Source: Octopus sinensis
Lineage: Eukaryota
Length of the DNA stretch: 64,000 nucleotides
Assembly (NCBI RefSeq): GCF_006345805.1
Contig: NC_043008.1
Location: 25,172,001-25,236,000 of the forward strand
Reading direction: 5' to 3'
Part shown: one piece after another, positions 23,979 through 35,510 of the stretch
How positions within the stretch are numbered: the stretch's first letter is position 1
Layout of the letters: the number at the start of each line of letters is the position of its first letter
Notes under the pieces: model-generated
Seen by the model: only the letters and a program-made list of their open reading frames with translations
Databases searched by the model: none
Told to the model about the DNA's origin: nothing
Made by a program: the position numbers and the translations under genes

Positions 23979-26004
23979 TATTCACGTGGCAAAACGAACA
24001 CCACTCAAAAGTTATGAATGAAACAATGTAATAAAACAACCAACATCGAAAATAGACAAATTACCACGAATTCCCTAAAAAACCATGATAAACCAAAACT
24101 CTTAAAAACATATAACGATAAAATCTCCCTTTGCTAAACTCTATAACAAACCTATATAGTAATCCCCCTAACCTAAACATTCACACACAAATACACACAC
24201 GTAAACCACAGACCCACGACTTATACACATACCTATACTAACTTATAAACCTCAATATACACCAAAACCCACTCCCTCCCCACACACAAATTAACACATA
24301 CATCCCAAAACCTAAATAACAAACCTATACACATTCAACACACACAAACACACACACACGCAAAACACACACACACAACAGATACATATACTCCCTCACA
24401 TATACGCATATACATACTCACTAACTCGATATATACAACAATATTTACACACCCACACTCATACAGATAATAAATTATACAACTAAAAACTCACACACAA
24501 TCTCATATACATAAACACTCCTATGAAAACAACATTAAATACATCGTAATTAACCAGAATATCAAAATAACAATATGACATAAGGATAAATAAAATACAT
24601 ACTTACAAGTCAGTTTCAAATTATGAAGTGAAATTAAATTCTTAGCCGTTAAAAAATCAAACCAAAATTACGTTACCATAGAAATAACTTATGTAAAAAA
24701 GAATACGCGCCATGGAAAGTAAACGTCATTTAAATTATGAATGGAGAAATAGAATAAATGGAACTAAAAACTATATCCACGTGGCAAACCAACACTACTT
24801 AAAAAAATTTATTATGAATGGATTCTTTAAAAAACTACCATGAAAAATCATTATATACATTTATGAGCTTTAGCTCACCTTAGCAGCTCTAACAAACAAC
24901 TTGCAGTAACCCAAACCCATTCTCTATGCCTACCTCACTACTACACTATTCCATTCACAATTCCAAGCAACGCTAGTCCACCACCCGGTTATTCACGTGG
25001 CAAAACGAACACCACTCAAAAATTATGAATGAAACAATGTAATAAAACAACCAACATCGAAAATAGACAAATTACCACGAATTCCCTAAAAAAAATGATA
25101 AACCAAAACTCATAAAAACATATAACGATAAAATCTCCCTTTGCTAAACTCTATAATAAACCTATATAGCAATCCCCCTAACCTAAACATTCACACACAA
25201 ATACACACACGTAAACCACAGACCCACGACTTATACACATACCTATACTAACTTATAAACCTCAATATACACCAAAACCCACTCCCTCCCCACACAGACA
25301 AATTAACACATACATCCCAAAACCTAAATAACAAACCCATATACACATTCACACACAAACACACACACACGCAAAACACACACACACAACAGATACATAT
25401 ACTCCCTCACATATACGCATATACATACTCACTAAACTCGATATATACAACAATATTTACACACCCACACTCATACAGATAAATAAATTATACAACTAAA
25501 AACTCACACACAATCTCATATACATAAACACTCCTATGAAAACAACATTAAATACATCGTAATTAACCAGAATATCAAAAATAACAATATGACATAAGGA
25601 TAAATAAAATACATACTTACAAGTCAGTTTCAAATTATGAAGTGAAATTAAATTCTTAGCCGTTAAAAAAACCAAACCAAAATTACGTTACCATAGAAAT
25701 AACTAATGTAAAAAAAAGAATACGCGCCATAGAAAGTAAACGTCATTTAAATTATGAATGGAGAAATAGAATAAATGGAACTAAAAACTATATCCACGTA
25801 GCAAACCAACACTACTTAAAAAAATTTATTATGAATGGATTCTTTAAAAAACTACCATGAAAAATCATTATATACATTTATGAGCTTTAGCTCACCTTAG
25901 CAGCTCTAACAAACAACTTGCAGTAACCCAAACCTATTCTCGATGCCTACCTCACTACCACACTAATCCATTCACAATTCCAAGCAACGCTAGTCCACCA
26001 CCCG
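23979..26004. repeat. ~1.01 kb tandem duplication (23979-24987 and 24990-26004) in the Penelope 3' region
   Basis: Both units start TATTCACGTGGCAAAACGAACACCACTC and end GCTAGTCCACCACCCG. Differences are mostly single-base indels. Older diverged subrepeats lie at ~23220-23880. Confidence 0.92.
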
Positions 26005-27308
26005 TTACAATTCCCAACTCCACCCATTCATTCACAATTTCAACGACGTTCGCCTCCACAGCGCTACATATAAGCCTCAACATATACACCGGAGATACTT
26101 ACACTACACATCCGTGCGGATGGGTGAGAGTATACATTGAGTGTAGTGATGGGGCTCCCATTACTATACACATTTGTACCTGTGTGGTAGTCTCCATGTG
26201 TATATTCACGCACGGGTATAAATACAGGGGGTACACGCGCACGTCATTTGCGTGTACCCCCTCACATGTACATATGCATGCTATTTGGGCTCGATATATG
26301 CAACAATGTAATCGCGCCCGCATACATGCATATGGGCGAATTGCACAATCAAAAAACGCACACGTGTGTGTGTGCGTTCCCTGGTTGTGCAATTCACCCA
26401 TCTGGGTGTGAGTGGGTGTAAGCGTATCGCTGTGGATGTCGAGCTTGATACGTATGTATATGAGTGTGTATTAGGGGGTTGTACGTATTAATTGTGTGCA
26501 TGTGCTTCACGCACTTGCGTCCATGTATGGATGAATATATTGGGATTACTATGTGGGTGTAAATTGGGTATGGAGGGGGGGTTTTGTCATTGTATGGGTG
26601 TGGGTTTCATTTGTGATGGTGGTTAGTTGGTGATTTTTAGTATGTTCTGTATATTTGGGTTAGTTATGTATTATTCTAGTGTGTATAATTGTATACATAT
26701 AATTGGTGTGAATGGGATTACCCATTTTTGGGGATGTATGTGTTTATTTATCCATGTGGGGCGGGAGTGGCCGTTAGGTGTATATGCTGAGGCTCACATG
26801 CAATTCCAGGTACAGCGAATGAAGTGGGCACTTATATTTGTTATGGGTGTGTGTACTTTATTATAACAGACAATACCCAAATAAAATCTGTCAATTCAAC
26901 ATACCAAATAAAAAACAAAAACAAGGGATCTTAAACATTCACACATACATACAAAACTCAATAAAAACACCACTAAATAACACCCATAAACATATAAATA
27001 TATCCTCCAAAATACATATAACAAATGCATAATAAAAATACATAATAAAATTTAAAAAAAAAAAAATTAAAAAAAAATAAATAAATAAAAAAAAATATAT
27101 AAATAAAGAAAAAAAAATCTAATATAAATTATTAAAGTTTTAACGTACCATAAACTGTTAAATTAATATACATTAAACATGAACTAATTAAAACAAAGAA
27201 ATATCAATAAAGACTAACTATAATTAAAGCCTAGACAACATAACCAAAAATATATTATCTAAACTAATTTAAACTAAACTAAAGTAACCTAAAAGGGAAC
27301 TATTATTG

Positions 27309-29819
27309 CTATTTATCATGAAACTTATTATATAGGTAAAGTAACTTATGTCTGCATTTTATTTTGCGCTCTTCACCAGTATTAAGTAATTATCATACTT
27401 ATAAAATAAAATTTCTTTAAACTCATTAGAGCATAAATAACAACATTTAGCTCCTATAGTATATGATTTAGTTTTACAAATTATTTCCCAATTAAACTAT
27501 AATTAATATTTAGTGATTTAAGACTCCAAATGTACTTACTAAGTCCGGTTGAGTTGATTAAGTTTTTATTTTTAAAAGAATTCATATGTTGTGCGATTCT
27601 TAGTTTTATTTTTGAGGAAGTAGAACCTATATAAACCGCTTTTGTGTAATTATTATTCTTAAAGTTATTATCATGTAATGTAACTATACATTTATACACT
27701 ACATCGTTAATATCACAATTATTATTTAATATACAATTAGATTTATCTCTACATGTACAATTAATATAAGTCTTATCATTATTAATATTATTATCAAATA
27801 ATTTCTTTTTATAAAAATTATTCAGTTTATATTTATTAAATGAAGAAATAATGTTACCAACATTATTAGTGGTAGAGTAACCAACTCCAAAATTATTAAA
27901 AGAAAATGTTTCTATATTTACGATTATCTCTAATAAATAGTTCTATAACATCTAAAATCTCTTTAATAATATTCGTTTTTACTTGATCTCCATAAGGAAC
28001 TATTAACCAAATTTTATTCTTATTAACCTTATTATTATTATCATTATTATAAATATATTTATAATTCTTTATTTTATTAAAATTATTATCAGAATTATAT
28101 CTATGTACAGCATTTAAGGAATTATTAATATTATTAAATTTATCAATATAATTATTATAATAATTATTAAATTTATTTTTATTTATATTATTCTTATTTA
28201 TATTATTATTATTATATTTATTATTATTATTATTATTCTTATTTATATTTTTATCATTTTTATTATTTTTTTATAATATCTATTATTTTTACCACTAAAC
28301 CTAACAAAATTATAATTATTATTAGAAGTATCTCGAAAATTAACAATTAAATCTTTATCACTAATATTATAAAATTTAATATTCCTATTATAACCTGCCC
28401 CTCTAAGGGCCTCATTATAATAATTAGCATGTTTATTAAAAATCTCTATATCATAAGAGAGTAAAGAAATACGTTTACTTATATTATTAATCAACGATTT
28501 TTTAATAGAAAATGGGTGATTACTATTAACATTTATATATCTAAGGTTCTCATTAAGTTTATGATATGGTTGTGTTTTACCTGTAATAAGATTAAAATTA
28601 ACATCTAAATAATTAACATTATAATTTTCCTTATATATAGTAATACTTAAACCATATCTTTTAAAGAAACTATATAGTTTTTTCTTATATACTTCTAGAT
28701 TCCTATTAGTACAATTCTTTGTAACTAGTAGAAGATCGTCTCTATATAAACCACCCTCTATCTTAAGATTTTCTAATTGGAGTTCAGATAAAAGAAAATA
28801 CCTACTAAATCAGTAGCCTGTGCAGAATCTGGTGCTCCCATAGGTATATCAAAACAATCTCTAGTATCATTCCTAGCCCATAATTTATTTTTATATTTAA
28901 TTAGCGATTTCCTAGCCATTTTAATTACATTAACTTCTTCCCGTGACATACCCACTTTATTCATTGCGAAAAAAAGCGCTTTATTAAACACAATTTCATT
29001 AATAGAAGAATAATAATTATCTATATCTATTTGAATAAATTTATAACGATTTTTATCTTTAATATTATTAAACCATTTCAATGTATTATTATTACTAAAC
29101 CATAATTTTAAATAATTAAGTTTATTTAACTTATCAATATATTTATCTAAAATAAATTTACTTAATTTACCTAGGTCCGATTTACATGGGCAAATTAATC
29201 TAACTTTAGGGTCTGAATAAAAATTATCTTTATGGTCTTTAAGAGTAATTCTGGGGTGCAAAGGTACATAAGGTTCAGTTTTATTATCCAACTCATATTT
29301 TAACATTACTACTTTAGAGGCCTTATTAATATTATAAAGAATATCATCTGGAACAATTTTATATTTTTTAATTATTTCTTTCCCTAATAGTTTATCATAT
29401 AATTTAACATCTAATTTATATAAGTTCCTTGTTTTATCAGATTGTACTATAATACCATCCATATTTCTCATATCTTTACTTTTAATTGCTAAATTCCTTA
29501 AATATTCATTATTTCTATTTGGGTATTTATGGAATTCAATATTTTTTACCACCTTCCATATACTATCTTCAAGTAATTGTAATTCTTTATTAAATGGAGG
29601 TTCCTTTCTAGATTTAAATTTAGAGGTAAAATTATCATTCCTACTATCAATATCATTAAATAAATAAAAATTATAGTAAAAAGCTTTCCATTTAATTCTA
29701 GAAATAAAAACTTTAACATTATTAACAAGTTTCAAGATAAATTCCTTTCTAGAAGGAATAGGAATATCTTTCAAAGATGAATCCCAAAACAGCGGTTCTA
29801 TCTTACCTGTAAAATCCAT
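27309..29819 (-). pseudogene. Penelope-like RT plus GIY-YIG endonuclease polyprotein with several frameshifts
   Basis: SLKDIPIP, DKTRNLY, ITLKDHK, DIDNYYSSI, MGAPDSA, GLYRDD (~28735-28752), NYLD, CTCRDKSNC, VVYKC..VYIGST..KLRIAQH, CYLCSNE, KCRH. Stop at 27309-27311. Confidence 0.92.
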
Positions 29820-30052
29820 AATTTACGAAATTGAGGTATTACACTCAATATACAAAATTATCAATATTATATAAATAATAAATATTAGGGAATAAATCCA
29901 AATTTACAGGGAAAAAAATCAGATTTAGGATTAAATCCAATTTTATAGTAAATATTATAAAATATTATTAGAGACAAAACCACTATTTTGCAAAACAAAC
30001 AAGGAAAGACTTAATCAATACATAAAATTTTAATAAATAGTCAAAAAAACCG

Positions 30053-30095
30053 CCACTACAATCGTTTCTTGTCTTGATCGACAATCTTCAGGTGG
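30053..30095 (-). ncRNA. type I hammerhead ribozyme, family A (5' pLTR)
   Basis: Identical 43-nt motif to 22725-22767. Confidence 0.88.
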
Positions 30096-30358
30096 ACTTC
30101 CAATCTAAAAAATCAATATTTTAAAAATATAAAAATAATAATTTTAAAATAATTAAAGTATGAATATTTTATATTTTATATTTTATATTTAATTGTTGAT
30201 AGGTTTTTTTTAGTTTATATATTGTTTATATATTGATTATATATGGATTATATATAGGTTATATATGGATTATATACTTATATTTTTTCATTCATACTTT
30301 AATTATTTTAAAATTATTATTTTTATATTTTAAAATATTGATTTTTTAGATTGGAAGT

Positions 30359-30401
30359 CCACCTGAAGATTGTCGATCAAGACAAGAAACGATTGTAGTG
30401 G
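30359..30401 (+). ncRNA. type I hammerhead ribozyme, family A (inverted pLTR)
   Basis: CCACCTGAAGATTGTCGATCAAGACAAGAAACGATTGTAGTGG read directly on the plus strand. Confidence 0.88.
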
Positions 30402-30576
30402 CGGTTTTTTTGACTATTTATTAAAATTTTATGTATTGATTAAGTCTTTCCTTGTTTGTTTTGCAAAATAGTGGTTTTGTCTCTAATAATATTTTATAAT
30501 ATTTTACTATAAAATTGGATTTAATCCTAAATCTGATTTTTTTCCCTGTAAATTTGGATTTATTCCCTAATATTTA

Positions 30577-30624
<48 letters not shown>

Positions 30625-30630
<6 letters not shown>

Positions 30631-31373
30631 ACAATTGAGGGTAAAATTAATTAGTTATTAATCAATTTCACCAAGTATTCAGTATGTAAAAGGACCACTT
30701 AAGGCGAATTCAAAATATTACATTATATAATTAGGGCTTAGTAAAATAAATTACTTTGCCACATACTGAACTTACTAGAAATAGCAGCCAAAAAAAAGCT
30801 TTTTAGCCATTTCTACTACTTAAAGAAAATTTCTCTCAGATAATGTTTACTCAAAATAACTCACGAAGGTATGGAGGTAAAAACAGAAAAATATCACAAG
30901 TACAAAGATCATTTGAGAACGTTAACGTTTTTAGATTAGCCAAATAAACTCAGCATTTCTTTCGTCAGCTCAACATTTCTTAATTTGGATTTGGAAACAC
31001 TGAAAAGAAAGAACATACCCTTCGGCGACTTATCACCTCAGATGAACCCGTTCAGACTGCCAGTGGTAACAAATTCAAAATGCGCAAGCGAAGATTCCTG
31101 CTCTCCCCTTCCACCCACGTGGGTTATCTAGCAAACATTATATTTTAACGGTGAGAACCGAGGCAATATGACAGAGAGAAATGAATTATAATATCAACAA
31201 TTGAGGGTAAAATTAATTAGTTATTAATCAATTTCACCAAGTATTCAGTATGTAAAAGGACCACTTAAGGCGAATTCAAAATATTACATTATATAATTAG
31301 GGCTTAGTAAAATAAATTACTTTGCCACATACTGAACTTACTAGAAATAGCAGCCAAAAAAAAGCTTTTTAGC
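30625..31373. repeat. unit bounded by two 183-bp direct repeats (30625-30807 and 31191-31373), possibly the pLTR partial tandem of a second Penelope-like family
   Basis: ATATCAACAATTGAGGGTAAAATT...AAGCTTTTTAGC occurs twice, apparently identical, next to a Penelope RT fragment. Confidence 0.8.
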
Positions 31374-31479
31374 TATTGGTAAGGTGGTGGTGATGTCGCT
31401 GCTGTTGTTGTTAGCGATGCTGCCATCCATGGTGGCTGTGTTACTGGCTATGTTCTCATGTCTGTGGCTGTTATTGTTT

Positions 31480-32230
31480 CTGCTGGTGTTAAAGGTATGT
31501 TTTGTTAGAACCTCGGCTTGGTATACGACCCCTTTGGTTTCACAGCAGCCTCTTACTGGGCAAATGCTTCAGATGCTGCATGACCAACCCACCTCTTCCT
31601 GTGTCCCAGAGGCACTAACCAGAAGGCTCTTAATGTTGGGGGCACAGCTAAATGAGACCCTAATGTTGTGCCTGTTGAATATGGGACCATACTTATGGGA
31701 GCTAATGAAATGCTTATCTATTAATTTAAGGGAAAATCTACCAATGAGTGTTACTGTATTAAGGGAGTGGGGGTAACCCGAGTCATATTTCTGCAGCTGT
31801 TGGGTTCTGGCATGTAGGAGATACGGTCCCTAAACCTGCTGGCAGCTAGGGCCTCATTATAGTATGGGGCTGCTGCATTAAAGGCTTCCTGGTTAGAGGA
31901 AAGGCTTAAAATCGTCTTAGTGACGCCTTTTACCAGGTTCTTGAATACTATGGGTGGCAGGAGGTTGTGTTTATGTATGACAGATGCTCATTTGGTCTGC
32001 AGTAGGGCCTGTAAGTACTGGAGCCCAGGTTGAGCATGATATCTAAGAAGTCAACTGGTGTGAGGTTAGTCTTTATGGTGATCTTCAAGCCCATGGAGGC
32101 AATCGTGCTGATTAAGACTTTCCTAAGTCTGTGTAATGTATGGCCACTTGCCCCACTAGAGATGGCCAGGGCATCATCCCTGTACAGGCCAAAGACAACG
32201 GAGGGGAACTTTTTTCTGAGGGTATCTAGG
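31480..32230 (-). pseudogene. second Penelope-like RT/thumb/GIY-YIG fragment (more GC-rich family), 5'-truncated at a TA/TG microsatellite
   Basis: FGLYRDDAL, GLKITIK, VDFLDIMLNL, YINTTSCHP, then AAPYYNEAL, IFNRHNIRVSFSCAPNI, CPVRGCCETKGVVYQAEV. Confidence 0.88.
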
Positions 32231-34651
32231 GTTATATATATATATTTATATATATATATATATGTGTGTTCGTGTGTATGTGTGTGTGTATACATATATG
32301 TTGAAATTGATTTTGTCAAAGAATAATTTGTATGCACAAAATTGGTTCCCTTGTCCAGTATATTCTTTAGAGTTCACACCTGCTACTCTTTTCTCATCTC
32401 CCTATCACTCCTTTATTTAATGTATTTATTTAATGCTGTTGTAATTAATGAAGGGAGAACTCCCCCCATCATGTATCATTAGTTTTTCTGTATTACCACG
32501 AATCAATCTCACTCCCCCCATCCACCATCTACTGATATCCATCCTTATTCTTACCCTAGGCTTAACCATTTTTATTTATCATCAACGATATCCACCCTTG
32601 TTCACTGATACCTCTTTCTACTTCTATTTCTATATATCACTCAGTCTCCCTAAACACACTCTTGCAGCCTTTACCCCTTTCTGATCCTTCTGTCTCAATA
32701 TTATTTTCTATTCACCATCTTGAACATATCTTGAGGGTTTGCTCTAGCACTTCATTACTACTATATTTATCTCTCTGCCGCCACTCCATCCACTTTGCGC
32801 CACACTCATATAATTCAAGGCAGCTCTGAATCTTCTTGACAGTAATACAGCTGTTCTTGTTCTTCCTATCACATGTTCATCTCTCAACACTTTGCATGAA
32901 GTCATCTTCCTCACAGTCAAGAGGCTCTTTAGTCTTTCAAATTTTAAGGCAGCCTCAGTTGTGCTAACACTATGAAAATAGCTCCCAGTACATTTTCTAA
33001 AGTAGTTGGTGTTAGAAAATATGCCTATGTCAAGACATTGGAGCAAGATATGGTCCATTGGATACTGTAAACCTACTAGCCAACCTGCCCTGGCATGGAA
33101 AATGAGCATAGATTGATGAGGAGGAGGATGTATGTATGCATGTTTGTGAGTGCACATTCATATATATGTAATTTGCAAAACAGCTGAAAAAATGTATAGA
33201 GCTTCACAAACACAGACTGTTGCATCAGGTTAGGCACATTATAGTAAGTCTCACTCTCAAAACTCGATGCTTGGCTACTTGGATACCTGTTGTCAATGAT
33301 ACCTAAATTGCAAAATAAGAAAGACTAATAAAAGAGAAAAGTTTCATAATTGTTAAGTTCCTGGTGTTCTCTAACAGAAATTAATTTATCATCTGTCACA
33401 ATTTCCAAATTGAAATCAAAATTAAAATTCAGGAAAACATTATTTTGATGAGAAATTGTAATGAATAAACAAAGAAAGTTAGAAATCATTTAGTCACTAG
33501 AAGTACATTATGTACGTTGAAATACTTCTCTTTATTAATTTAAGGCAATTATAATTTGAATATATCATTATAGGTTAAGTTTTATATGCACTGTTTTATC
33601 ATTCAGAAAGGGCTATGTTCATCAGCTTCTCAATCCATTCAGCACTTGTTCCAACTACTCTTAACTAGTTGTTAACAGTATGCCCTTCCTTATATGTCCA
33701 TATGACACACTCATTTCTCCTCCTCTCATCATTACTGCTGTGTCTCACCTTCAAGTTCTTGTATTAGACACTTTACACTTGCATTCCTTCCCTGTTTACT
33801 TGATTCTTACTAGCATTAACTAACAGTATTATAAGTACCTCAGCTGCACCAGTCTCACATGCTATAGTTCTGTGTGCTTTTCTTCCCCCTAACTACCTTT
33901 GAAAAAAATATCTTCAATGTTTTGGTTAATTAGTGACAATTTTCTAATGACATCAGTGTTCAAGTAGAAAGTACTCAGCAAATACAGGATATTTTGTATT
34001 TAGCCCAATATTAATCTAATGTAAGATCAAAATCCTTTGAGAATCAATAAAATACCAGTAATATAATGGAGTTTATTAAATTTTCACACCAAGACTTGCA
34101 TAATCAAACTTGTGTGTATTGCTTCCTTCTCACCTTTTACAAATTCTTCCTAATCATGTTCAAATTAAAATATCTATCAGCATATCAGTATTTAGAAACT
34201 GGTAGTAACTACTTCAGTTCATACAAAATATATTTCCTCTCAGTGTTAAATGTCATAGAGCAGTATAATATTATTTTATGTAAAGACAAAGCTCTTTTAT
34301 ATAACATATTACTGGTAGATTTGAATAAAAGATGCTTGGGTTACACCTTCTGGTTTCATGCATAGAAGTTGAACTCAGCAGTGGAAATTACCAAAAAAAA
34401 GTTTTAATTATAAAGTATTGCTGCTGACTACAGAACAATTGCATATTTAGTGCATGTATATCTAAAGAAAACTAATTTTCCTAAAAATGTGTTTTACGTC
34501 CATGTGCCTAGAGTAGTACCAGTGAACGGATATGAACAGCTGACTCAAACTATCTGAGTGCTCCCTTTAACCAATTACCCATACTACCCATATCTCCAAA
34601 GTACATATTAATTAAAACTACCAGACAAATCTTCGTCTGATATTATTTAAC

Positions 34652-35510
34652 CTGGGCACCAAACTATTAATTCGTTAATTCTTAATTCACAAAGTTAACA
34701 TTTTCCTTAGCAATTTAACTTTTAAGTTAACTTTGGGGATCAGCAACGATGAAGAGGAGCAGGGTGACTTCTTCAGTGGCATCACCCAGCCAAAAAAGAG
34801 CAGCAGAAGCCACAAGTCTCTCAAGGACAAGGCTCAGGATTTGATCAAAACCTGACTGGAGACCAATTCCAAGGACTTGCGGACAGAGGTTGCCCTCTTA
34901 GGTGAGCAAGCGTTGGTGGACTTGTTCAAGTTCAACACAGCCACCGCACTAGTGCTGCAGTAGAGTGTTTGTTTTCTGTGGGCAAGGACATTTTGAGGGC
35001 TAAGTGATCATCTCTGTCTGATGAAAACTTTGACATGCTAATTTTCATGAAGGGCAACATACATCTTGTGAACAAAATGGAGAATGAGAAGAAGAAGAAA
35101 AGTTAAATTATGTATATATCGTGTTTATCTTTATTTTTACAGCCACTTTATCAATAAACGTTTTTAGTTAATGCTAATATTGTGTTTCATTTGAGTTTTT
35201 TTAACCATTTTCTGACTCTAAAATCCTTTAAAAACTTTAAAATGTCCGAAACTATGAAAAAAAGCAAAAAAATAAACTATAGTTTTGGGGTTCTAAAGCC
35301 CTTAAAAAAGCCCAAAAAATGTTGATATTACAGTTTTGGCACTTTTTAAAGGAGTTTTTAGGTAGTTTTAGAAAAAAAACTGATTTATTTTGTTTTTCTA
35401 TAATAAAAATTAACATTACCAGTTTATCGATAACTTCTGTTACATTTTTAAAGAATTAACTGATTAACAGTTATCAAAGTTGACTTTTCGATTAATGGTG
35501 CCCACCTTTG
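34652..35510 (+). mobile_element. internally deleted hAT transposon retaining the C-terminal dimerization domain
   Basis: SAAVECLFSVGKDILRAK*SSLSDENFDMLIFMKGN at ~34950-35058. Ends CTGGGCACC and GGTGCCCACCTTTG are inverted. Confidence 0.8.

Larger units (their letters stand above)
22631..30582 (-). mobile_element. Penelope-like retroelement (probably Naiad-type): inverted pLTR, pLTR, RT/GIY-YIG ORF, long 3' region, 3' pLTR; inserted in (TA)n
   Basis: 22631-22833 repeats directly at ~29960-30163. 30165-30582 is an inverted copy covering 29870-30163 plus the 22833-22960 sequence. The ORF lies between the repeats, and each repeat carries an HHR. Confidence 0.93.

Noticed and set aside
23220-26004. 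CRISPR-like repeat array
   Set aside because: Eukaryotic context, repeats are long and irregular with no unique spacers, and no cas genes are present.
27309-29819. Possible selenoprotein recoding (in-frame UGA plus SECIS), reported for some Naiad elements
   Set aside because: The conserved Cys positions I could translate (CTCRDKSNC, CCYLC, CRH) use TGT/TGC, and I saw no in-frame TGA at those sites. A SECIS search was not run.
30945-30975. CUGACGA-AA-GAAA on the minus strand resembling a hammerhead core
   Set aside because: No helix II and no convincing helix I or III pairing.
31384-31776. 130-aa hydrophobic ORF on the plus strand
   Set aside because: It is antisense to the Penelope RT/endonuclease remnant and a low-complexity tract.
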